Assembly (NCBI GenBank): GCA_964016885.1
Contig: OZ024743.1
Location: 182,280,001-182,344,000 of the forward strand
Length of the DNA stretch: 64,000 nucleotides
Reading direction: 5' to 3'
Source: Eledone cirrhosa
Taxonomy: Eukaryota
Numbering within the stretch: the stretch's first letter is position 1; every line of letters starts with the position of its first letter. Under the pieces are notes generated by a model. The model searched no databases, was not told the DNA's origin, and saw nothing but the letters and a program-made list of their open reading frames with translations. The translations under genes and the position numbers were made by a program. Of the stretch, positions 30,001 to 40,248 are shown piece after piece.

Positions 30001-31557
30001 TGACATAACAACATAGTGACAACATGTGAACCACAAGTGGTCACTATTCAACTCTCACAACCATTGTACCAGTTGTAATGACATAACAACATAGTGACAA
30101 CATGTGAACCACAAGTGGTCACAATTCAACTCTCACAACCATTGTACCAGTTGTAATGACATAACAACATAGTGACAACATGTGAACCACAAGTGGTCAC
30201 AATTCAACTCTCACAACCATTGTACCAGTTGTAATGACATAATAACATAGTGACAACATGTGAACCACAAGTGGTCACTATTCAACTCTCACATCCATTG
30301 TACCAGTTGTAATGACATAACAACATAGTGACAACATGTGAAACACAATTGGTCACTATTCAACTCTCACAACCATTGTACCAGTTGTAATGACATAATA
30401 ACATAGTGACAACATGTGAACCACAAGTGGTCACTATTCAACTCTCACATCCATTGTACCAGTTGTAATGACATAACAACATAGTGACAACATGTGAAAC
30501 ACAATTGGTCACTATTCAACTCTCACAACCATTGTACCAGTTGTAATGACATAACAACATAGTGACAACATGTGAACCACAAGTGGTCACAATTCAACTC
30601 TCACAACCATTGTACCAGTTGTAATGACATAATAACATAGTGACAACATGTGAACCACAAGTGGTCACTATTCAACTCTCACATCCATTGTACCAGTTGT
30701 AATGACAAAACAACATAGTGACAACATGTGAAACACAATTGGTCACTATTCAACTCTCACAACCATTGTACCAGTTGTAATGACATAACAACATAGTGAC
30801 AACATGTGAAACACAATTGGTCACTATTCAACTCTCACAACCATTGTACCAGTTGTAATGACATAATAACATAGTGACAACATGTGAACCACAAGTGGTC
30901 ACTATTCAACTCTCACATCCATTGTACCAGTTGTAATGACATAACAACATAGTGACAACATGTGAAACACAATTGGTCACTATTCAACTCTCACAACCAT
31001 TGTACCAGTTGTAATGACATAACAACATAGTGACAACATGTGAAACACAATTGGTTACTATTCAACTCTCACAACCATTGTACCAGTTGTAATGACATAA
31101 TAACATAGTGACAACATGTGAACCACAATTGGTCACTATTCAACTCTCACAACCATTGTACCAGTTGTAATGACATAATAACATAGTGACAACATGTGAA
31201 CCACAATTGGTCACTATTCAACTCTCACAACCATTGTACCAGTTGTAATGACATAACAACATAGTGACAACATGTGAAACACAAGTGGTCACTATTCAAC
31301 TCTCACAACCATTGTACCAGTTGTAATGACATAATAACATAGTGACAACATGTGAACCACAATTGGTCACTATTCAACTCTCACAACTATTGTACCAGTT
31401 GTAATGACATAACAACATAGTGACAACATGTGAATCACAATTGGTCACTATTCAACTCTCACAACCATTGTACCAGTTGTAATGACATAATAACATAGTG
31501 ACAACATGTGAAACACAAGTGGTCACTATTCAACTCTCACAACCATTGTACCAGTTG
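1..31557. repeat. 78-bp tandem satellite array, ~404.6 monomers, continuing past the left window edge
   Basis: Consensus CCACAAGTGGTCACTATTCAACTCTCACAACCATTGTACCAGTTGTAATGACATAACAACATAGTGACAACATGTGAA. The monomer start recurs exactly every 780 bp (781, 1561 ... 31201). All six frames of the consensus contain stops. Ends at ...CCAGTTG 31557. Confidence 0.99.
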
Positions 31558-31716
31558 GATATAGAAGAATACAAATAGGTTAAGTCAATTAGAAATAAAA
31601 ACAAACAACAGCAAAAATAAATATTGTTTGACTTAGTTTTTAAATGGTTAAGTAGACCTGCTTTTCTGTCTGTTTCTCAGAGATCAAAACATTATTTAGT
31701 ACTAGTGGATATGTAC

Positions 31717-31936
31717 TACCAATAATAATGGTAATAACAGTGAATATATTTAATTCTTGGTGTCTAGGTTTCGTATGTTATATATACCAGGATTACTGGA
31801 TATAATACACACACACACACACACATATGTATACTAGAGGATAGGTACCACCATTAATAATGGTAGTAGTTGTGAATATATTTAATTCTTGGTGTCTAGG
31901 TTTGGTATACTATATATACCAGGATTACTGGATATA
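31717..31936. repeat. Local imperfect tandem duplication, ~132-bp period
   Basis: TGAATATATTTAATTCTTGGTGTCTAGG...ATATACCAGGATTACTGGATATA starts at both 31741 and 31873. Confidence 0.85.
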
Positions 31937-32589
31937 TATATATGAACAATCATACAAACTGGGGCATTTGTGTTTTGATAAATTGTTTTGCATAAAAGAA
32001 ACCATATAGTTTAAGCTGATTACTGGCTCATGGAAGTGATTAAAGATAAGAATGATATTTTGATAATTTATTTTAAAAATATAATTACATAAATGTTCAG
32101 TATATATGTAGAAATGACTCACTGGTATGAAGTAACTTTGGAGAAATAACAATTTACAGGGATAAATGTAGGGTTAGAACCCAGGACCTTATGACTGGAA
32201 ATTGAACTTCTTATTGTAGCAACATACCTGAAATTGCAAATTCATTCTGTGTATGTGTGTATGCATGTTTTTGTTTGTGTAAGTAAATTTTTAAAAGAGT
32301 TACAAACGTGTATGTGTGTGTATTTTATTTTCCTCCAAGTGTTAACCTAATATAACTGTGTATTTTTGCATTCCTGTTTGTTTTGTTTCCCTTATTAACT
32401 TATACACACACGCATATATATATGTATAAGGGGATTAAAATGAAATTTATTTCAATCATATTATACCATAAATCAGCTCAAATATTCTTTATACAGGCTA
32501 AAATCCGTATTATGTAGAGCATTATATATTCAAAATTATATTTAGATACAATATTTAAGTATATTACTATTGAGATTAAGAACACAGCA

Positions 32590-32729
32590 AAGACACACTC
32601 ACAAATACACAGACACACACGTGACACACACGTGACACACACACACGACACCACACACACAACGCACACACACATGGCACACACACATATGCATATACAT
32701 ACACACAACACATATACATACACACACAC

Positions 32730-32775
<46 letters not shown>

Positions 32776-32780
32776 CACAA
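32590..32780. repeat. Compound (CA)n/(TA)n microsatellite
   Basis: Direct inspection; accounts for the spurious HT/CV-rich ORFs here. Confidence 0.95.
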
Positions 32781-32799
32781 ACATGTGGTGTATTATTAC

Positions 32800-32990
32800 T
32801 GGATTGGCAGTATTGGTAGAGAGTTAGACACCATGTTTTTTAGCATAGAGTTACGGCCCTTTATGAACTGAGTTCAAATCCCGCCGAGGTTAACTTTGCT
32901 TTTCATCCTTACGGGGTCGATAAAATAAAGTACCAGTAATACACTGAGATAATTGCTGGCCCTGTGCCAAAAGTAGAAACAATTATTACT
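32800..32990 (+). mobile_element. tRNA-derived SINE with Meta/Sauria-like central domain
   Basis: A-box-like TGGCAGTATTGG and B-box GTTCAAATCC, then TTTCATCCTTACGGGGTCGATAAAATAAAGTACCAG. Related copies at 41364-41446 (-) and 50480-50620 (+). Confidence 0.75.
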
Positions 32991-33202
32991 GTTGATTCTA
33001 GAAATTGTGAAGATAATGAAAATGATTGGACATCACAGGTAAACTCAGTTGAATGCCTCAAACATTTGGAGACAATAATAATGGTTCACCTTAATTACTA
33101 ATTGAGCTTTTTTTTTTCTTTTGTCATTATTTCGTTCTCATCTGCTAATTAACTGTTTTACCTGAATGAGATTTTAGTAGGGCAATCACTATCATATTTC
33201 TC

Positions 33203-33400
33203 ACTATCTTACTACAGCTGTTGTTAGTATTGCTACTGTTGTTGTAACTGTTATTGTTACTGTTGTTGTTGTTATTGTTACTGTTATTGTTACTGTTGTT
33301 GTTATTGTTACTGCTGTTGTTAGTATTGCTACTGTTGTTATTACTGTTGTTGTTATTGCTACTGTTGTTATCGTAACTGTTGTTGTTATTTGTTGTGATG
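33203..33400. repeat. Degenerate (GTT/ATT/ACT)n trinucleotide repeat
   Basis: Direct inspection. Confidence 0.9.
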
Positions 33401-33454
33401 AACCTAATATGGTCAATTATATTTGTTTATTAATATTTTATTATATCTTAGCTG

Positions 33455-33457
<3 letters not shown>

Positions 33458-33490
<33 letters not shown>

Positions 33491-36050
33491 AATTATTCTG
33501 TACAGTGCTCAGGTGCACTACAACTCTTTAAAGGTGCATGTATAGTGCATAGAATAAAGTTCAAATGTCAGGAAAATGAACAGTGTATGAGTCATGATAT
33601 ACATGTGTGCGTGTGTATGGAGGGGGGATATTAGGTGTAGTGTTGGCAAATCTCAGGAAGCATGGAATTTTAAAGGATGCAGTGTCTCGGCAGCTAACAA
33701 CTGATGCAGGTAGTTTGTTCCATGTTTCAGCAACTCTGAGCGTGAAAAAATGTTTCTGAAAGTCATGGGAGCTGTGCTGTTTTCTGACTTTGTAGGCATG
33801 TCCACGTGTGTTAGACACATGGAAATCAAAAAGGTACTCAGGGTTGTTGGCAAAATTGTTAATAATTTTGTGGGTGTTTACAAAGTCAGTTGCCAGACGT
33901 CAGAGCTTCAATGTATCCATGCCCAGGGAAGCAAGGCGTTCAGAGTATGGTAGATGCCTGATGGAAGGTATTCGCTTGGTTGCATGTCTCTGAACAGTTT
34001 CCAGATGGTCAATGTTCTGAGTAAGATAGGGGTTTCAGACTGGTGTTGCAAATTCTAAGTGTGGCCGCACCATAGCTATATACAGCTTTAAATAGATATC
34101 TTTCTTTATTTGCCACAGGGGCGTACAAAAATGGGACATTACAAGACGTGACGGCGGGGGTTTTACATAAAAATCATATAACTTTAACATTAATAAATAA
34201 CAATAAACTATATATAATAAAATAACAATTGAAATCCTCAGTAGGGGGAACGTTACTGCAGGGTTGTTTTACACCCCGTGGATAGAACAACCCTCAACAC
34301 CAGGAACACGTTTTGTAGGTGTTTCTGTCTTCCCTCTGTTTATCTTCCTCAACCGACAGCTTTATATACAGAGAAGGCCCATTCACTCGGGCCATTTTCA
34401 CGACATTCACCCACCTTTCAGCGAATTTACTGGGGTATAGCACCTCTCTCTCCACTCTCACCTTCCTTCTGAAGTGATACTTAAAGAAGGGGATAAGTTG
34501 TTGTCTGGAGAGAAAGGTGTTTGCACTCAGTCCTTTTAACCTCGTCCACCATATTACCTCTTTCGCCATAGCCACCAGACAGGAAAACTGCCTCTCCTTC
34601 ATTCTTAAATGAGGGCGGCGGGGTGATCCTCACGATGGACTCAGCAGACAACTGGATGTGTCCTACACGTGACAGTAGCTGTTCGACATAATTCCACAGT
34701 TCGGTCACCCCTGGGCACTGAACAATTGCGTGCAGAACGGTTTCAATGTCCTGCTCGGTTCTTGGACAGGTCCTTTGGAGAGTGGCTGACAAAGGTCTTG
34801 CTGAGTGATGCTAACAGTAATGCCCAGGTCATGTTCACAAGAAGACTTCTTGATACTAGTGTTGTGGAGGGAGTATGTGGATGCTGGGTTTTTACTCCCA
34901 AAATGCATGGTGGTACACTTGTCCATAGCCAACTTCAGTTGCCAGTCCGTGATCCATTGTTGCATTGTGTCCAGGTCAGACTGCAGGAAAGATCTATAGT
35001 GTTCAGGATCTGTCCTTTTTATCTCAAGGTACAGCTTGATGTCATCTGTGTACTTTAGTACTGTGGCATTCTTTAAGTTGGCATCTATGTCATTAATATA
35101 TGCCACAAACAAAAGGGGGCCAAGAACAGATCCCTGTGGTACACCAGATGACATCTCATATGGTGAGGAATGCTGTCCTAGAACTGTGACTACCTCTCTT
35201 CAACTGAGAATGAAGGACTTCAACCAGTTAAAAAGATCATCCTTCACACTCATTGCAGAGAGTTTTGCCATAAGTCTTTTGTGTGGCACAGAATTGAAAG
35301 CTTTCGCAAAGTCAAGGTAAACAATATCCACCCATGAGCCGCCATCAATGATCTGGGTGATATCTTCAAGAAACTCGATAAGTTGATCACAGCAGCTGGA
35401 GTTAGGGATAAATCCAAATTGCGAGGGCTGGATAAGACTGAGAGTTCTAGAAGTTCCAAAGTGTTTCTCTGACACAGGATTCCATCAGTTAGGCAATGCA
35501 GCTAGTAAGACTGACTGGGCGATAGTTGACAGGTGATATGCAGTCACCCTTTTTGAACAGAGGAATGACACTGGCAGTTTTCCACTGTTCTGGAGTAGCA
35601 CTGTTGTTCAGACAGAATTGGAAGAAGTGTGATAGCTGGTGCAGAAGGAAGTACCCACCACGTGTGAGAAGCAGGTACGTAACACCATCAAGACCAGGAG
35701 AGGCATGGTTGCGTTTATTTTTCAGGTGACGTCGCAGCATTGCAGGTGTAAATTCCTTAGTTGTAATAGAATCCGATGTCAGAGGTGATGGAGATGGTAC
35801 ACTCTGGTCTTCAACAGTGAAAATGCCTGCATAGCATTCAGCAATGAGTTCTGCGCATTCCTTGGGGTCGTCAGTAACCTGGCTTGTGTGGGGATTGCGA
35901 AGAGGACCAACTCTTGAGTGAAGCCTTTGCTTTGAGTGAACATACTTCCAGAACACCTTACTGTCAGGGTTGGTTGCTATACATTGCTCAAGTTCTAGCA
36001 CAGCCTTTTTTGTCACCTGCCTGAGATGGTTGGATGATTTATTCTGCTTT
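33458..36050 (-). mobile_element. 5'-truncated, degraded CR1-clade LINE (RT and 3' end), interrupted at 34099-34775
   Basis: Minus-strand ORF pieces: SPGLDGV, NYRPVSLTSC, VYLDFAKAFNSVPH, GVPQGSVLGPLLF, KYTDDIKLY (YADD site) and the CR1-type C-terminus TRGHAYK...FFTLRVAETWNKLP. (ATT)n tail at 33458-33488. Stops and frameshifts throughout. Confidence 0.9.
34099..34775 (-). mobile_element. 5'-truncated Tx1-like LINE 3' fragment nested in the CR1 element
   Basis: RTCPRTEQDIETVLHAIVQCP...LVAMAKEVIWWTRLKGL matches the C-terminus at 58179-58697. Ends in TGTGGCAAATAAAGAAA, like the 3' end at 58943-58959. Confidence 0.9.
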
Positions 36051-36374
36051 TTCCTATTGATATCTAATTTATGCAGTTTGTACTCGTGTTCATTTTACAA
36101 TGTTCTTTCCTGGTTCAGCATTACGACGTTCTTTCTATTTCCTTATCTCTGAAAATAATATTTGCCAGTTCTACTTATAGTAGCAGCAGTAGTAGTAATA
36201 GCAACTGCTAAAATGATGGACACCACCCATCCAACCAGATACCCCTAGCAGTGTATAAATGTCCCAATTTTATGTCACCAATGGAATCTGGGCACCACCA
36301 TGACCCCACTCCCCCAGCACAACCATGTACACTAAGCACCCTAGTGCTGTAATGAATTAGTGCTGGTTCCACTA

Positions 36375-36655
36375 CAAAAGCACCCAGTTCACCCTGTAAA
36401 GTGGTAGTGTTAGAGTCACAATAAAATACTCCCAGTACACCCTGTAAAATGGTAGGTGTTAGGAAGGGTATCCAGCCATAGAAACCATGCTAAACAAAAG
36501 GTAGAAAGAAGTCTTCAATTGTGCCAAAGACATAATGACCTCCCAAGTGCTGGTGCCATTCTATGTCAGATCATTGGCTCTGATTGAGTACTGTCATGGT
36601 CTCTGATGACCTGTCTAATCCTGGCTAGTTGGGAAAACAGATGTTAAATTATGTA
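36375..36655 (+). mobile_element. Degenerate SINE 3' portion
   Basis: AAAAGCACCCAG...GTGTTAGGAAGGGTATCCAGCCATAGAAA motif shared with the SINE at 39541-39897. Confidence 0.6.
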
Positions 36656-36659
36656 TTTT

Positions 36660-36809
36660 GATGATATCACACACACACACAGATACACACTCCCATATAC
36701 ACACACTCACATGCACACACACACACACTCACATGCACATACACACACACTTACATATATACACACACAAACATTTGTATATATATACACATACATACAC
36801 ATTCACATC

Positions 36810-36841
<32 letters not shown>

Positions 36842-37085
36842 CACACACTCACATGCACACACACACATATATATACACACACATACATATATATTCGCAC
36901 ACACATGCTAGCTCTAAACCCATGCTATCGTGGAAGATAGACGTTAAACGATGATGATGATGACACATATATATATATGTATATACACACACACACACAT
37001 GTATAGATACACATGTATATATACACACACACATGTATATATATATATATACACACATATATATATATATCTATATGTTTATATC
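36660..37085. repeat. Compound (CA)/(TA) microsatellite with an embedded SINE 3' tail (36908-36963)
   Basis: AAACCCATGCTATCGTGGAAGATAGACGTTAAACGATGATGATG lies within CA/TA runs. Confidence 0.85.
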
Positions 37086-37422
37086 TACTTTTCTTTCTAA
37101 TGTAGTAAATGTTTTTCACATTTAACCTTAAATTTAATGTATTTAAAAACAAAGAAAGAAAATGTTATTTCATCTTAGAATTTAAAATTTGAAAATAAAT
37201 ATTTAAAAAGGTCATGTTGTAGCAATTTTAATGCTACAGATATAAAAAGAAAAATAATTAAAAAGACACTGAGCCATACAAAAACTTTGAAAGAAAATGG
37301 AAAAAAAAATTAGCATTTTCACGTTGAAGAACTTTGAGAAAAAGGATCAAATACATTTCAAGTTGGAGATGGTAATAATATAAAGAGATAGGGACTGATA
37401 TTTATTGATTTATTTAATCAAT

Positions 37423-37647
37423 TTAACCCTTTTGTTACGAATCTAACCAAAACTGGTTCTGATTCTATGAAATAAAACCATCCATTTTAAATTAAAACCT
37501 TTCAACATAATTTTATATAAGAACATTACATTAAGTTACTATTTTAGTAATGAAATAATTAATGATTTTTGTAAATCCCTAGAAATTCTTCATTAATTAA
37601 TTAAAATAGACTATACTTCATTGGAAATGTTGTAACAAAAGAGTTAA
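37423..37647. mobile_element. piggyBac-type MITE
   Basis: TTAA-CCCTTTTGTTAC ... GTAACAAAAGAG-TTAA: terminal inverted repeats with a TTAA target duplication. Confidence 0.7.
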
Positions 37648-37956
37648 ATGTCTGTATTGAGCTAGTGATCCCTGACAGACTAAGGGAAGTATCTAGTATT
37701 TCTTGTAGTTGAGAAATAAAAAAAAAAACAAGATATACAGAGATAAGAGAATATAAAAATAAAAATAAAATAAAAATGTTAAAGATGGAAGGTCAACTGG
37801 AGGTAAAATAATCATAAAAAATATAAAGAAAAAATGTGAAACAAGGGAAGCTGTAAAGCTTTTTATAACCTCCATGTAGTCAAAGATTTGTCTATAGTTG
37901 GTAGAACTTGGATAATATATTTAATCTCTAATATTGGTACTTTATTACTGACCTGT

Positions 37957-38075
37957 AGTAGAAATACAAAACAACTCTAGGACTGTCAAGAAGTGGACTC
38001 TGGATATATTAATGTCCAGTAATAGAAGTACAAAACAATTCTAGGATTATGTCCAGAGGTGGACTCTAAATATAC
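37957..38075. repeat. Imperfect ~63-bp tandem duplication
   Basis: TAGAA(A/G)TACAAAACAA(C/T)TCTAGGA...GTGGACTCT occurs twice. Confidence 0.7.
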
Positions 38076-38364
38076 AAACATTTTGTCAATGTCTGGTGTG
38101 CTGCTGAGTTGGGCTGGGTAAAAAAACAAAACAAAAATAGCTGAAAAACATTAATGAACAATTCCTCCATGTCGTTGGTGTCGTCATAGCCACCACCAAT
38201 AGAATGAAACAATATATCTTTAAAAGGAATATTGAAAATATTCCAAACTTCTGTAAAGTTCCGTATTTAACCCTACCTTTGTCTTATCTGAAATCGCAAA
38301 AAGAGTCTAGGAGTTTCTTTACTGAAGACATAAAGAAAAGAAAAATGAAAAGCATAGACCCAGA

Positions 38365-38860
38365 GGCATACAAATATATATACATATGCACACACAAATA
38401 TACATACATACACATACATACATACATGATATACATACACATATACACCAATATACATACATACACATATACACATGCATACAAATATACATACATACAC
38501 ATATACACCAATATACATACATACACATGTACACAAATATATATACACATGCATACAAATATACATACATACACATGCATACAAATATACATACATATAC
38601 AGTACCCGGCTAAACCCATGCTAGCGTAGAAGATAGACGTTAAACGATGATGATGATGATGATGATGACACATGTACACAAATATTCATACATACACATA
38701 TACACAAATATACATGTACATACATACAAATATACATGCATACACATGTACACAAATATACATACTTACATATGCATACAAATATACATACATACACTTG
38801 CATACAAATATACATACATCACATACATATGCATACACAGACGAATATACACACACATAA
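38365..38860. repeat. (CATA)/(CA)-derived minisatellite with an embedded SINE tail (38605-38668)
   Basis: Repeating ACAAATATACATACATACAC units; GACGTTAAACGATGATG tail. Confidence 0.85.
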
Positions 38861-39112
38861 TATAAAGCAAAACTAATTTGTTGTTTTAAGACAATGGTAG
38901 ACACTCCTTTGTTATTTACTTTTTCCTTTAAGTGAACTAAGCAGAAGGAAACTGGTTAAAAGAGATAATATATATCTACGCTATATGTATTTAGAATCAC
39001 ACACAAACACACACACACACTCACATATATGTATATATTATCATCATCATCATCATCGTTTAACGTCCATCTTCCTCGCTAGCATGGGTTAGACGGTTTT
39101 GTATATATAAAT

Positions 39113-39426
39113 CATCATCATCATCATTTCATTTTACGTCCGCTTTTTCCCTGCTTGCAAGGGTGGGACGGGGACTGATTCTGGCTTGATTTCTACAGCT
39201 GGATGCCCTTCCTAACACCAACCTCATTTACAGCGAGTACTGGGTGCTTTTTTGCCGTGGCACCTCCACGACCACTTTGCAGTGGAATGATAGCTGAGTA
39301 AACTGGAGCAATGTGGAATAAAGTGTTTTGCTCAAGGAAACAACACATCACCCGGTCTGAGAATTGAACTCACAACCTTTCGATTGCAAGTCCAATGCTC
39401 TAACCACTAAGCTATGTGGCTCCATA
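39113..39426 (-). mobile_element. Full-length tRNA-derived SINE with (GAT)n tail
   Basis: Reverse complement of the 39541-39897 copy; tRNA head at 39355-39420. Confidence 0.9.
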
Positions 39427-39496
39427 AATATATATGTATATATATGTATATATATGCAAGCAGGGAAAAGCGGACGTAAAATGATGATGATGATTT

Positions 39497-39533
<37 letters not shown>

Positions 39534-39540
39534 GTATACA

Positions 39541-39897
39541 TATGGAGGCACATGGCTTAGTGGTTAGAGCATTGGCCTTGCAATCGAAAGGTTGTGAGTT
39601 CAATTCTCAGACCGAGTGATGTGTTGTTTCCTTGAGCAAGACACTTTATTTCACATTGTTCCAGTTTACTCAGCTGTAGAAATGAGATGATAGGGACTGG
39701 GATCCCTATCATTCCACTGTAAAGTGGACGTGTAGGTGCCATGGGAAAAAAAAAGCACCCAGCACTCACTGTAAATGAGGTTGGTGTTAGGAAGGGCATC
39801 CAGCTGTAGAAATCAAGCCAGAATCAGTTCAGTCCCACCCTTGCAAGCAGGGAAAAAGCGGACGTAAAATGAAATGATGATGATGATGATGATGATG
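39541..39897 (+). mobile_element. Full-length tRNA-derived SINE with CORE-like centre and (GAT)n tail
   Basis: A box TGGCTTAGTGG and B box GTTCAATTCT; CCTTGAGCAAGACACTT centre; GTTAGGAAGGGCATCCAGCTGTAGAAA; ends GGACGTAAAATGAAATGATGATG. Confidence 0.9.
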
Positions 39898-39956
39898 TAT
39901 ATATATATATATATATATGAGATGTGAGAAAAACTACAGACCCTCCATCTCAACTC

Positions 39957-39996
39957 TACTTTTGAAAAGCAGAAGAACTACGAAACCGGTAAAGGA
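39957..39996 (+). ncRNA. Candidate minimal type I hammerhead ribozyme (degenerate, U3:A8 core)
   Basis: TACTT-TTGAAAA-GCAG aagaa CTAC-GAAAC CG GTA-AAGGA. Palindromic ACCGGT stem III, one mismatch each in stems I and II. AATAAA follows at 40001. Confidence 0.45.
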
Positions 39997-40201
39997 ACCA
40001 AATAAATATATATATTTTTTTAAAAATAAGACTCCAGTTGCATTTTCGATTTCATCTTTTTTTCTTTATACTTTCACTCGTGTTGGACACCTCGGTTATT
40101 TTTCATTTTGTAAAAAAAACCTCACTTTCTAATATATATATATATATTGGGAGAAGAAATGGTATATATTTTATCTGGTGATTCTATAGACATGTTTTAT
40201 G

Positions 40202-40243
<42 letters not shown>

Positions 40244-40248
<5 letters not shown>

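Noticed and set aside
1-31557. CRISPR-like array (35-nt palindrome plus 43-nt 'spacer')
   Set aside because: The 'spacers' are the same sequence throughout, there are no cas genes, and the context is eukaryotic.
1-31557. Coding tandem repeat (78 bp = 26 codons, no indels), possibly rescued by A-to-I editing or UGA readthrough
   Set aside because: All six frames of the consensus have stops in every unit, so hundreds of recoding events would be needed; nothing supports this.
32478-32871. Cys/Val/His/Thr/Tyr/Ile-rich ORFs here and at 36.6-37.1, 38.2-38.9, 40.9-41.4 and 59.3-61.4 kb
   Set aside because: They are translations of (CA), (TA) and (TATG) microsatellites.
36050-36165. Possible minus-strand exon (TTTTCAG acceptor near 36150)
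   Set aside because: In-frame stops, no recognisable product, and it runs straight into the CR1 fragment.
38204-38365. Non-repetitive start of the 141-aa ORF as a gene or TE fragment
   Set aside because: Too short and has no motif I can identify.
39548-39615. tRNA gene
   Set aside because: A and B boxes are present, but it is a SINE head with no complete cloverleaf and continues into the SINE body.
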